Of a stretch of 64,000 bases of DNA, positions 1-9,377 are shown piece by piece. The notes under the pieces were generated by a model that made no database searches, was not told where the DNA came from, and saw nothing but the letters and a program-made list of their open reading frames with translations. Made by a program: the position numbers and the translations under genes. Origin of the DNA: Aestuariivita sp. (GTDB lineage: Bacteria; Pseudomonadota; Alphaproteobacteria; Rhodobacterales; Rhodobacteraceae); the NCBI GenBank assembly GCA_026710045.1, contig JAPORU010000047.1, forward strand, positions 455-64,454, given 5' to 3'. The first letter of the stretch is position 1. Every line of letters starts with the position of its first letter.

Positions 1-430
1 GGGGCAAGAGGGGGTCGAACGGGTCGTGCCGGATCTGTGTCCGGGAGCCACCGGCCGGTTGCATCGTGCGGTGGCATCGCAGGATTCCGATCGGCTGGGG
101 CGCGGTCGCTGTTTCTGTCCGGATACGACCGGGGCTTTACGGTGGTGGTTCTCAATCCGCGCCGCACAAGAGAAAGGCGCGTGACGGTGCTCCCGACTGC
201 TCCCGACTGTACCAAGGCGACCGGACAGCGGGCCAGGATTGACCAAGACTGACCGGGTCGATGCCCGCATCCGCGTCGCGTTCGGTGAGGCCTTTGGCGA
301 AGCCTTTCCGGATCTGAGTGCGACACCGCATGTGACAGAGGAGATCGATCCGCTGCGTGATCTCCTGGTGATGCGGGAGGCGCGGGTCCCGAAACGGGCC
401 GATCTCACGCTCCCCTCTGCACCGAACAAC
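1..430 (+). pseudogene. IS110-family transposase remnant, cut by the window edge and frameshifted
   Basis: The translation is split over at least two + frames. GFTVVVLNPRRTRE (ORF 37..252 frame) is followed by TKTDRVDARI...TEEIDPLRDLLVMREARV (ORF 239..628 frame). These match the conserved vvNP / AKTDriDA / LreLl-Rr-Lv blocks of IS110 transposases. A 10-bp tandem duplication lies at 188-207. GC is visibly higher than in the rest of the window. Confidence 0.5.
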
Positions 431-439
431 CGGAGCGGG

Positions 440-627
440 ACCGCGACGCCGACGTCGAGGCGACCATCCCGAGGGTGTTTACCCCATTGGACCCGCCGGT
501 CGACGCGCGGGAGACCGCGATCCCGAGCCGGATCCGACGCCTTTCCCGACAGAAGCGGTTCCATCCGCTCCCACATCGCATCCGTCAAGACGGTTCGATC
601 CGTGTTCCTGATTCGGCTCTCTCAATA
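440..627 (-). mobile_element. IS5-superfamily (IS427/IS1031-like, DUF4096-type) transposase N-terminal fragment with a probable element end
   Basis: Minus-strand translation starting near 603 reads TDRTVLTDAMWERMEPLLSGKASDP...PRVDRRV, the hallmark N-terminus of this transposase type, and then degenerates. The GC-rich block stops abruptly at about 627. Confidence 0.45.
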
Positions 628-857
628 ATGTCCGTCGCCTCTTTTCCGGGCGACTCTGAGAGTGAATGTAACAGAAATCCAGAAACGTTCAAGAGTAGAT
701 GTCAACGGGCCCTAGTCTGGAGAGAAAGGACGTTCCCGGGGATCTCGATATTCTTCTCATTCACCATCGGAAGCATCCAACCTCTCCAGCAAATCATGAT
801 GGCGATCGCCATTTCTGGATTGGATCCGCCAAGCGATCTGCGGGTGAATTTTGTCAG

Positions 858-1169
858 ATGAAGAAACGACAGGACGGATCTCCGATGACTACGATCCAGA
901 ATGATATTGAGCGGTTGAATTTTTTTCTTAAACCTCTCTCAATTGGAGACGCCCTAACACAAGCGCATTTTCACGAGAAATGGAAAAAGGAAGTGAATTT
1001 CGTCGTCATTTCCCGTTTCTTCACTGATACGGAAAAGGCGGCGATTGCGCAGGAGATCGCTGATACGCTCACTGCTGATTTGAACAATAGGATTGACCAT
1101 GTCTATAGCATGACTATCTCTGACATCCTATCCGGGCGTGGTCCGCAACCACTGGATATTGATGTATAA
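858..1169 (+). CDS. hypothetical protein
   Basis: Internal ATG of ORF 699..1169 (MKKRQDGSPMTTIQNDIERL...). I recognise no family. The upstream part of the ORF lies in junction sequence next to the IS remnants. Confidence 0.3.
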   Translation: MKKRQDGSPMTTIQNDIERLNFFLKPLSIGDALTQAHFHEKWKKEVNFVVISRFFTDTEKAAIAQEIADTLTADLNNRIDHVYSMTISDILSGRGPQPLDIDV

Positions 1170-1399
1170 ACAAAGCTCCATATGAATCCTGGAAGATTCT
1201 CTATGATCTGCTCTCTCTATAAACGGTTTCTTTTGTGTAGGAGAATCGATTGTAAGAATCGGGTATATCAAGGATATTGATCCTCGATCAAAATCGGTTT
1301 AGTCACAATGATGTGTATGTACGAGGTCTGCGCATGAGGAAAGAGCAGCGTGTTTGGATGTGTGCACCTGTCTGGTGGCGTTCCCTCTGTTAACACGGA

Positions 1400-2914
1400 T
1401 CAGAAATGACCATCTGAATTTGCTCTACTTCGAGTTATGGCGCGACGTTCGCGATAACCGGGTATGAGGACGAGCAGTACCGCAATCATCAACAGGCAGA
1501 GAGTCATCGGACGTTCCCAGATGAAGGAGACACCGTCATAGAGTTGCATGGAGCGGGAAAAGTTATCTTCCATCATGCCGCCGAGAATGAAACCGATCAG
1601 CAGTGGGGCAAGCGGGTAGTCTGCAAACTTTAGTGCTGTGGCACAGACTCCGAACCCGACCAGGATCAGCAATTCAGTAGCATTATTTTGCCCGATATAA
1701 GCTCCCATTAATGTAAAGAATAGAATGAACGGAATCAGGTAGTTGTGCGGTATTGTTAGAACCTTGGCAATATATGGAATGAGCGGCAGGTTTAGGATGA
1801 GCAACACGAAGTTGCCAATGAACATTGACATGATCACGGCCCAGAATATCTGTGGCGCATCAATCATGAGCCGTGGACCAGGGGTGACATTCAAAGCGAT
1901 CAGTGCGCCCAGCAGAATAGCCGTCGTTCCTGACCCCGGGATGCCAAGGGTTAAGAGAGGAACAAAAGAGCCGGTACACGCTGCGTTGTTGGCCGATTCA
2001 GGTGCTGCTAAACCTTTGACAGAGCCCTTACCAAATTCTTTTTTTTGCTCTTTGGGTGCGATGTTTCGCTCTACGGCGTAACCGAGGAAACTGGCGATCG
2101 TAGCACCAGCGCCCGGTAATACGCCGATGAAGAAACCCTGGACTGACTGCCGTCCGATGACCGGTGCAATAGCCTTCGCTTCACTCCTTGTAATCCGCAA
2201 GTCTTTAATTGCGCCATCATCTCCTTGAAGGTTCCTTGGTTTCAGAACGAGAAATAATGCCTCCGGAAGAGCAAACATCGCCATCGCAAGAGTGATAAAT
2301 CCAAAACCAGATTGCAGGTCCATGATCCCCATGGTGAAGCGTGGTAAGTTGAATAGAGCGCCTTCACCGACGGTCGCCATAATTAATCCGAGAAGTGTCA
2401 TGATGATCGCTTTCGCCACTTGGCCGGTGCCTGCGAAGGCTGCGATAGCCGACAGACCAACGACCATTAACGCAAAATATTCGGCTGAGTGAAAAAGGAG
2501 CGCGACGGAGGACAGTACTGGTGCGAAGATCATAAGTAATATGGCTCCGAGTGTGCCACCGGCGAAACTAGCAATAGCGGCAATCGTCAAAGCCTTTCCG
2601 GCTTTACCTTGTCTTGCCATGGGATACCCATCGAAACTTGATGCGACGGTACCGGCCACCCCGGGAGCATTAAGCAAAATAGATGATGTCGAACCTCCAA
2701 AAATGGCGCCATAGTAGACGCCGGCCAACAGGATCAAAGCGGCGGAGGGATCTCCCATGGAAAGAACCACCGGTATCATAATGGCAATGATTGACATCGG
2801 TCCAAGGCCGGGTAGCATGCCGATGAACGTCCCGATCAGGCATCCGGCAATGACCATCAAGAGATTTTGAACAGAAAATGCGGTCTGAAGGCCAATTAAA
2901 ATTCCTTCAAGCAT
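1400..2914 (-). CDS. tctA: tripartite tricarboxylate transporter large permease TctA
   Basis: Long polytopic membrane ORF typical of the TctA family. I trimmed the start to MLEGILIGLQ, which abuts the tctB stop. Gene order is tctC-tctB-tctA. Confidence 0.9.
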   Translation of the reverse strand: MLEGILIGLQTAFSVQNLLMVIAGCLIGTFIGMLPGLGPMSIIAIMIPVVLSMGDPSAALILLAGVYYGAIFGGSTSSILLNAPGVAGTVASSFDGYPMARQGKAGKALTIAAIASFAGGTLGAILLMIFAPVLSSVALLFHSAEYFALMVVGLSAIAAFAGTGQVAKAIIMTLLGLIMATVGEGALFNLPRFTMGIMDLQSGFGFITLAMAMFALPEALFLVLKPRNLQGDDGAIKDLRITRSEAKAIAPVIGRQSVQGFFIGVLPGAGATIASFLGYAVERNIAPKEQKKEFGKGSVKGLAAPESANNAACTGSFVPLLTLGIPGSGTTAILLGALIALNVTPGPRLMIDAPQIFWAVIMSMFIGNFVLLILNLPLIPYIAKVLTIPHNYLIPFILFFTLMGAYIGQNNATELLILVGFGVCATALKFADYPLAPLLIGFILGGMMEDNFSRSMQLYDGVSFIWERPMTLCLLMIAVLLVLIPGYRERRAITRSRANSDGHF

Positions 2915-2915
2915 G

Positions 2916-3413
2916 TCAGCTCCCTGAGAAACCCGGCAGCGGGCGCAAGTATATGCCAAGAATCTGCTGAATGAGATACCACACTAAGACAGTGGTGGTC
3001 AGGGATACGGGCACCATGATGTGCCATTTTCGTTCGCCCAGGATGAACGAACCGGCGATCAGAAAAGCTGTCGTTGAAAAAAGAAAACCGAAGGGCCGCA
3101 GACAAAGCGCATAGGTAATCATGAGTCCGAGTATCACCATTGCTTGGCCGAGGTGGTATTCGTGAAGCCGGCGGTAGTCGATGTCTTTTTCTTTTTGTTC
3201 GCTCCTCTCGACGCCAAGGAGGATAAAAAACAGAACAAGAATACTAACAGTCGAAAGAACTTTGGGAAATGAACTTGGCCAGACAGGATTTCGCCTCATG
3301 AAAGGTGCCAAATTAGCGTCCATGGTGAACCAAGCTGTATATCCGTAGACGAGACAGATGCCCAACATGATCAATGCTATCCATCTATCGAGCGCCAAAC
3401 TATCCCTTCCCAT
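2916..3413 (-). CDS. tctB: tripartite tricarboxylate transporter small permease TctB
   Basis: 165-aa hydrophobic protein with four predicted TM segments, located between tctC and tctA. Confidence 0.8.
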   Translation of the reverse strand: MGRDSLALDRWIALIMLGICLVYGYTAWFTMDANLAPFMRRNPVWPSSFPKVLSTVSILVLFFILLGVERSEQKEKDIDYRRLHEYHLGQAMVILGLMITYALCLRPFGFLFSTTAFLIAGSFILGERKWHIMVPVSLTTTVLVWYLIQQILGIYLRPLPGFSGS

Positions 3414-3470
3414 ATTGTGGGTGATGGATTTGGTAGGACGGTTTGCCGTCCTACCGAAAGATGTTGGAAT

Positions 3471-4451
3471 TTAAAGGAATCCGAGTTTTTTCATGAGATC
3501 ACCGATGATCTGTTCTTGATTCTCAAGGAAAGCTCTGAAGTCATCTCCTGAATTATGAATATTCACCCAACCGTTGCGCGCACGTACTTCTTCCCACTCC
3601 GGGGTATCATACATTTTTGCAAGGACCTCTTGATATTCTGTCACCTTGTCCTCAGGAAGATCCGGTGCACCAAAAAAGCTGCGCCAGTTGACAAAAGACA
3701 TGTTGATGCCTTGCTCTTTCATGGTCATTGCGTCAGGTGCTGCGTCGATACGCTTATCAGACGTGACGCCAATAATTTTTACCTCGCCTGCATTAGCCAG
3801 ATCCACAGCTTCCGAGAAACCGGTTGAAAGTGCCGCAATTTCGCCCGATAGTAAGGCGGCCATGGCATTGCCGCCGGCGTCATAGGGGACGTACTTTATG
3901 GCCAGTGCGTCTTTACCCGCAGCTTCCATCACCATAGAAGCTACGAGGTGATCCATCCCACCCGGTACCGAGCCACCGCCAATTGCGGTTTCTCTTGGAT
4001 CGGCATCAAAGGTCGAAACAAGATCAGCCATAGAATTGATGGGGCTGTCATTTCCGACCACGATTGCAGCATAATCCCCAATAGTTCCGGCAACCAGAGT
4101 GAGATCGCGAAAGTTGTGCGGAAACACCCCCGTAAGTGATCGAATGACAATGGGTGTCGAGTTTACCATCAGTGTGTCGTGGTTGCTTTCGGCATTTTCA
4201 ATGAGATAACCGATTGCCTTTCCGCCACCACCACCCGACTTATTCTCATAAGAAGCCGTACCGACTAGACCAGACCTGGTCAGTGCCTCACCTGTCCCAC
4301 GGGCTGTTCCGTCCCAGCCGCCACCGGCGCCACCGGGAATCAGAAAGTGGATGCTGTCGAGTACTTGGTGCCCGTCGGCGGACACGGGACCAGCAAGGCC
4401 AGTTGCAGCGACGATCGCAAGAAAGGTGCGACGTCCCAGATATGCATTCAT
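3471..4451 (-). CDS. tctC: Bug/TctC-family periplasmic substrate-binding protein
   Basis: 326 aa with a signal peptide. Contains the GGAGGGWD and SGGGGGKAIG motifs typical of TctC/Bug receptors. Confidence 0.9.
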   Translation of the reverse strand: MNAYLGRRTFLAIVAATGLAGPVSADGHQVLDSIHFLIPGGAGGGWDGTARGTGEALTRSGLVGTASYENKSGGGGGKAIGYLIENAESNHDTLMVNSTPIVIRSLTGVFPHNFRDLTLVAGTIGDYAAIVVGNDSPINSMADLVSTFDADPRETAIGGGSVPGGMDHLVASMVMEAAGKDALAIKYVPYDAGGNAMAALLSGEIAALSTGFSEAVDLANAGEVKIIGVTSDKRIDAAPDAMTMKEQGINMSFVNWRSFFGAPDLPEDKVTEYQEVLAKMYDTPEWEEVRARNGWVNIHNSGDDFRAFLENQEQIIGDLMKKLGFL

Positions 4452-4984
4452 AAGTTATTCCTTCAAATTTGATCGCTGGGAAATTGTCATACGTATATCA
4501 GTAATTGATTACGCGATTTTACCGCGACTATATTGTTTCGATCACTTTGCGTCTGTTCTTATAACTCAATAGCGAACAAGTATGCCAATATTTACTACCA
4601 ATTTGGGATAGCGTATATTGCGGTCTCAAATCACGTGAATTGTACGCGTTTGATTATCAACGTTTTACATAATTGCGGAATTGACTCAACAGTCGTTTGA
4701 TTGATGTTTCGGATGAAGGGTCAAACTTGTAAAGTCTTTTTTACACAAAAGAGACGTCTTGACTACGTTCAGCACACGTCCATTCAAATGTGACGATTTG
4801 TGTATCGGAAGTTCAGTCTCTACGACACTTTTGGCGAATAATTCTCAACGTTTTTATGATGTTGTCAGCAGGATAACAATGGGAACCATTTTTCTCACCG
4901 ATTCAACCGTGACGTACGCTACAACGCATATGGTGTGTTGAGAATCCTGGCCAGGTTTTCTGAATCCTCAAGGAAGAGGATTGG

Positions 4985-7204
4985 TTAGTGCGTCGTTGCC
5001 GTGATATCGCGTTGTGGGTGATTGCAGAGATTCGTATCCGTCAACCATTGATTTAATCGTGTCCACCGCCGCCGTACGGAAGCTCTACTGACCGAGATTC
5101 GAAGCGCTTTTTCCTGACCGATGAGAACAACGAGATTTTTGCCACGGGTAACCCCTGTATAGATCAAGTTGCGTTGTAGCATAGGGTAGTGCTGGGTCAT
5201 TATTGGGATGACGACTGCAGGATATTCGGATCCTTGACTTTTGTGAATTGTGATCGCGTAGGCGGGCACAAGTGAATCAAGTTCACCAAAGTTGTACTGG
5301 ACTTTTCGCTCATCAAATTTAATGGTGATCTCATCTTCATTTTGGTTAATATGTTCGACGAGTCCGATGTCGCCGTTAAAAACATCCTTTTCGTAATCGT
5401 TCTCAGTTTGCATAACTTTGTCGCCGTGTAAGAATGTCCATCCGAACTTCTCTATTCTGCTTCGTGCGTCTGGATTTAACACAGCTTGAAGTTCTTGGTT
5501 TAGAGAATACGCTCCAAGGACCCCTCGATTCATCGGGCAAAGTACTTGTATGTCCTTAGTGGGATTAAGTCCAAAGCGATCAGGTATGCGTCGTGTAATT
5601 ACTTCACGAAGTGTTTGAACAGTTTGCTGAGGTGTTTCTGAGGAGATGAAATAGAAATCGGTCAAGTGAGATTCTGATTGCAGGTCTGGCAATATTCCCG
5701 CGTTAATTTGATGTGCCGCCATAATAATTTTGCTCTCGGTTGCTTGACGGAAGACCTCCGTCAATCGAACGACACGCACTGTGCCAGATCGGATGATATC
5801 CGCTAAGACTTGGCCGGGTCCGACTGACGGCAATTGATCAATATCCCCAACAATGAAAAGCGCCGCTGTGCTTGGAATTGCTTCCAGCAACGATTTCATC
5901 AGTCGCACATCCACCATTGAACTCTCGTCGATGACCAGTAGGTCGCACTTTAGGGGTGAATGCGCATTCCGCATGAATTTGAACTCACTTGGATTAAATT
6001 CGAGAAGCCGGTGAATAGTCTTGGCCGTCATTCCTGTGGCTTCTGACATGCGTTTTGCGGCACGACCGGTGGGCGCGCAGAGCTTTATGCGGACAGACTT
6101 GGCGTTCAAAATGCGGAGTATTGCGTTCAAAATTGTTGTTTTTCCAACGCCTGGACCACCGGTAATAACCATTACCTTCGACTTTAGCGCATGACTTACG
6201 GCTTTTACTTGATTTTTTGCGAGGGAAATTCCAATTTTTCGTTCAACCCATGGCAATGCGTTGTCGGTATCAATGGGAGCCCAAGGCATCGTCCGAGTTT
6301 GAATGCGTCGAATATGATCCGCAATGGATTGCTCGGCCAGATAGAGTCCTGTCAAGAAAATGCATTCGGTGTCAGCGATGGTGTCAGCGGTAACCGTTTT
6401 ATTCAATAACTCAGCGTCTAAGGCGCTTTGAACCACGTCTTGCGGTAGATCCAGCAGCTCTTGGGAGAGCTTACACAGCGTCTCGCGCGGCAAGCCGCAA
6501 TGGCCATTTTTCATTGATTCATGAAGAGCAAATGATAGGCCGGCCCGGGCTCGAATCTTCGATGTTTTTTCGATACCAAATTTTTTGGCAATTGCGTCAG
6601 CCGTGCGAAATCCAATACCACGAATATCCCGTGTCATTCGGTAGGGGTTCTCGCTCATGACTTGAATTGCATCATTATGATATGTCTTGAAGATGCGAAC
6701 GGCGCGCGCGGTTCCGACACCGTGCTGGTGTAAGAATATCATAATTTCACGAATGGCCTTTTGATTGGCCCAAGCCTTTGTAATTTTCTTTGCGCGTATC
6801 GGGCCGATACCGTCAACGTCGCGTAGGCGCTCCGGGGCAGTTTCGATAATATCGAAGACATTTTTTCCGAACGTGTTGATCAGTTTTTGAGCATAAATTG
6901 GGCCAATACCATTGATCATCCCGGATTCGAGGTACTTTTGAATTCCTTCTACGCTTTCGGGGGCTGATGTTTTCAGGAAACGTGCCTTGAATTGCATTCC
7001 AAATTTTCCGTCGTCAAACCATTCCCCCGATGCTGTTATCCATTCTCCAACTGAGATCGACGCAACATGACCGACAATCGATACGAGGTTTCGATGTCCT
7101 CGGGCTTTGACGCGCAGGACACAGAAACCGTTTTCTGCGTTGTGAAACGTGACGTACTCGACTAGGCCTGAAACGACCTTCGTTGCAGCCTCATTCTCAT
7201 TCAT
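4985..7204 (-). CDS. recD2: RecD2-type SF1 ATP-dependent DNA helicase (RecD/TraA family)
   Basis: 739 aa. N-terminal OB/HhH region, Walker A VITGGPGVGKTT, and a LVIDESSMVD DExx-type box. The C-terminal YAITIHKSQGSEY motif is also present. Confidence 0.9.
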   Translation of the reverse strand: MNENEAATKVVSGLVEYVTFHNAENGFCVLRVKARGHRNLVSIVGHVASISVGEWITASGEWFDDGKFGMQFKARFLKTSAPESVEGIQKYLESGMINGIGPIYAQKLINTFGKNVFDIIETAPERLRDVDGIGPIRAKKITKAWANQKAIREIMIFLHQHGVGTARAVRIFKTYHNDAIQVMSENPYRMTRDIRGIGFRTADAIAKKFGIEKTSKIRARAGLSFALHESMKNGHCGLPRETLCKLSQELLDLPQDVVQSALDAELLNKTVTADTIADTECIFLTGLYLAEQSIADHIRRIQTRTMPWAPIDTDNALPWVERKIGISLAKNQVKAVSHALKSKVMVITGGPGVGKTTILNAILRILNAKSVRIKLCAPTGRAAKRMSEATGMTAKTIHRLLEFNPSEFKFMRNAHSPLKCDLLVIDESSMVDVRLMKSLLEAIPSTAALFIVGDIDQLPSVGPGQVLADIIRSGTVRVVRLTEVFRQATESKIIMAAHQINAGILPDLQSESHLTDFYFISSETPQQTVQTLREVITRRIPDRFGLNPTKDIQVLCPMNRGVLGAYSLNQELQAVLNPDARSRIEKFGWTFLHGDKVMQTENDYEKDVFNGDIGLVEHINQNEDEITIKFDERKVQYNFGELDSLVPAYAITIHKSQGSEYPAVVIPIMTQHYPMLQRNLIYTGVTRGKNLVVLIGQEKALRISVSRASVRRRWTRLNQWLTDTNLCNHPQRDITATTH

Positions 7205-7339
7205 GGTGACAGTGATCCTGAAGAGACATAGTTACGATATGCCATTTTGGAAATGTGTTCCTTCGAGAGAGTTTTGGAGATTGTACAATTTTAGCGTTCA
7301 TGGTCCAACTTGCTTTATGCTCAATTGAAAGACAGTGCT

Positions 7340-8719
7340 ATGGATTTTGTCTTCTATGATCTTGAAACGACGGGAGTTTCTCCAGCCTATGATCAACCGT
7401 TGCAGTTTGCGGCCATTCGGACGGACGAGAATTTTTTGGAACAAGAGCGTATCGAGCTTCGTTGCCAGTTAGCACCGCATATCTTGCCTTCACCGTATGC
7501 TCTAGCTGTGGTAGGCATATCCGTTGATCAACTTACCGATCCGAGTTTGCCGACACTCTTCGAGTTTGCTCAAGAATTGGCCGCGCTCATCAAACGATGG
7601 AAGCCGGCGGTTTGGACCGGCTACAATTCGATTCGTTTTGACGAAGAGATGCTGCGCCAAACATTTTATCAGAACTTATTGCCAGAATTGTTTGCAACGC
7701 AAATCGGTGGGAACCAGAGATTTGATATCATGACAGTTGTTCGTGCTGTGGCCGCACGAACGCGGGATCTTCTGTCATGGCCTTTGGATGAGTCTTGCAA
7801 TCCAATTTTTGCACTTGATAAACTTGCACCTAAGAATGGTATCGTTCATGCAACAGCGCATGATGCTCTCGGGGATGTGCAGGCAACATGTCAATTAGCT
7901 GAGAAGATTGCCAGAGGGAATCCAGAACTTTGGTACGAACTTCTTGAAAATAGTGATAAGAACAGAGTCCAGTCAAAACTGGATGGTTGTGCGCCATGTG
8001 ACCTTGTTTGGCGTTTTGAGAAAAAAATGCCAGAGATCGTGACCGGCTGTTATTGCGGTTCTTCAACCGACTATGCAAATCATGTTGCATTCTTCGATCT
8101 TCATGCTGGAAACCCAAGTGAATGGATTGAGAAGAACGTTCAAGAGCTTCTTGATGCTATCAATGATAAAACGTCAGTGATTCGTAGCTTTGCGATAAAT
8201 AAATGTCCTCCGCTGTTGCGGTCGATTGAGGTGACGGAGGAAACTCGGAGACGGGCGGCTGTAATTGAGAATGCTCCGGAATTTCAGACACGAATTGGAC
8301 ATGCTCTTGCGCAGCGGTTTGCGGAGGACTCAATGAATTCCACGAAGCCCGTCGAAAAGCAGATCTTTGATAAATTTCTGTCGGATCAAGATAAGAAGTT
8401 GTTGTGGAGGTTTCAGAGAAGTGACTGGACTGAAAGACGTATTATTCTACGACAACTGTCGGACCCGAGATTACAGCAAATCGGGCGTCGCCTTATTAGC
8501 TTTTACGGTTCTGAACATCTTACCCGCAAAGAAAGGGAACGTTATAGGATGTATCGTGAAGAGAAGTTCTTGGCACCCGAATCTGAAGAACGAGGATGGA
8601 TGACACTAGAGAGGGCTAAACGTGAATTATCTGAATTGAGTCAAAAATCAATAATTGAAGATTGCAGGAAGAACGAAATTGAAGGTTTTCTCGAGCATTG
8701 GGCGTCGCTCTCAGTATAA
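7340..8719 (+). CDS. sbcB: exodeoxyribonuclease I
   Basis: The DEDDh exonuclease N-terminus FVFYDLETTG...NSIRFDEEMLR...AHDALGDV plus an ExoI-type C-terminal domain. Start taken at the internal ATG (MDFVFYDLETTG). Confidence 0.85.
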   Translation: MDFVFYDLETTGVSPAYDQPLQFAAIRTDENFLEQERIELRCQLAPHILPSPYALAVVGISVDQLTDPSLPTLFEFAQELAALIKRWKPAVWTGYNSIRFDEEMLRQTFYQNLLPELFATQIGGNQRFDIMTVVRAVAARTRDLLSWPLDESCNPIFALDKLAPKNGIVHATAHDALGDVQATCQLAEKIARGNPELWYELLENSDKNRVQSKLDGCAPCDLVWRFEKKMPEIVTGCYCGSSTDYANHVAFFDLHAGNPSEWIEKNVQELLDAINDKTSVIRSFAINKCPPLLRSIEVTEETRRRAAVIENAPEFQTRIGHALAQRFAEDSMNSTKPVEKQIFDKFLSDQDKKLLWRFQRSDWTERRIILRQLSDPRLQQIGRRLISFYGSEHLTRKERERYRMYREEKFLAPESEERGWMTLERAKRELSELSQKSIIEDCRKNEIEGFLEHWASLSV

Positions 8720-8816
8720 TGGATTGGTGTATTACGCGTGGCATATTCAGAGTTGATTATAGCCATATAGTTGAGATCTGGCTCTATTTGACAGATTTCG
8801 AACAGTGTTGATTGTT

Positions 8817-9323
8817 TCAGGCCGCAGTGAGCAGGAGAATATTGGCCATTCCCCATAAGGTCATTTGAAAGTGTGTATTTTGAATACCTTCGTGTGTGTA
8901 CCAATAGCAAAAATAGTTTCCGATAATTAAAAACCCACTCCAAATTGATGAAAATGTGACGGCGCCAAGAAGAGCCAAGGTCTTGGCTTCAACCACGATG
9001 GATGGCCATATTATGGAGAGAGACAGGGCAATACATCCAGTCCAAAGGATCAAGCATGTAACGGCTTCGATCGAGACAGCGAAACTAAAGGCACATCTTT
9101 GGAGTGTGCGATTTGTGATCGCTCGGTTAGATACGCGGGCATATTCGTTCGGAAAATCCTTCTTAAGGAGGTTCATCGATAGCACTTGAGCTGTATAGAA
9201 TTCATTGTTCAATGGGTGACGAATATTATCGTAAACACCCGTTGTAAGCCATGCTGCGATGGAAGCTAGGGAGACAGTCTGTGCGATTAGAACCATCGAT
9301 TCAAACATTTTGCGCTTCCCCAA
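8817..9323 (-). CDS. small integral membrane protein (DUF2165-like)
   Basis: 168 aa with four hydrophobic segments. The resemblance to DUF2165 proteins is from memory only. Confidence 0.5.
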   Translation of the reverse strand: MGKRKMFESMVLIAQTVSLASIAAWLTTGVYDNIRHPLNNEFYTAQVLSMNLLKKDFPNEYARVSNRAITNRTLQRCAFSFAVSIEAVTCLILWTGCIALSLSIIWPSIVVEAKTLALLGAVTFSSIWSGFLIIGNYFCYWYTHEGIQNTHFQMTLWGMANILLLTAA

Positions 9324-9335
9324 AATGTCTTCGGA

Positions 9336-9361
9336 AGGGGCCGATGTTGTTAACGGCCCCT
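9336..9361 (-). terminator. stem-loop downstream of the substrate-binding protein gene
   Basis: A perfect 8-bp GC-rich stem, AGGGGCCG (9336-9343) pairing with CGGCCCCT (9354-9361), with a 10-nt loop. It lies between the stop at 9378 and the next gene. The U-tract is weak. Confidence 0.4.
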
Positions 9362-9377
9362 CTTATGTTCGATGAAA

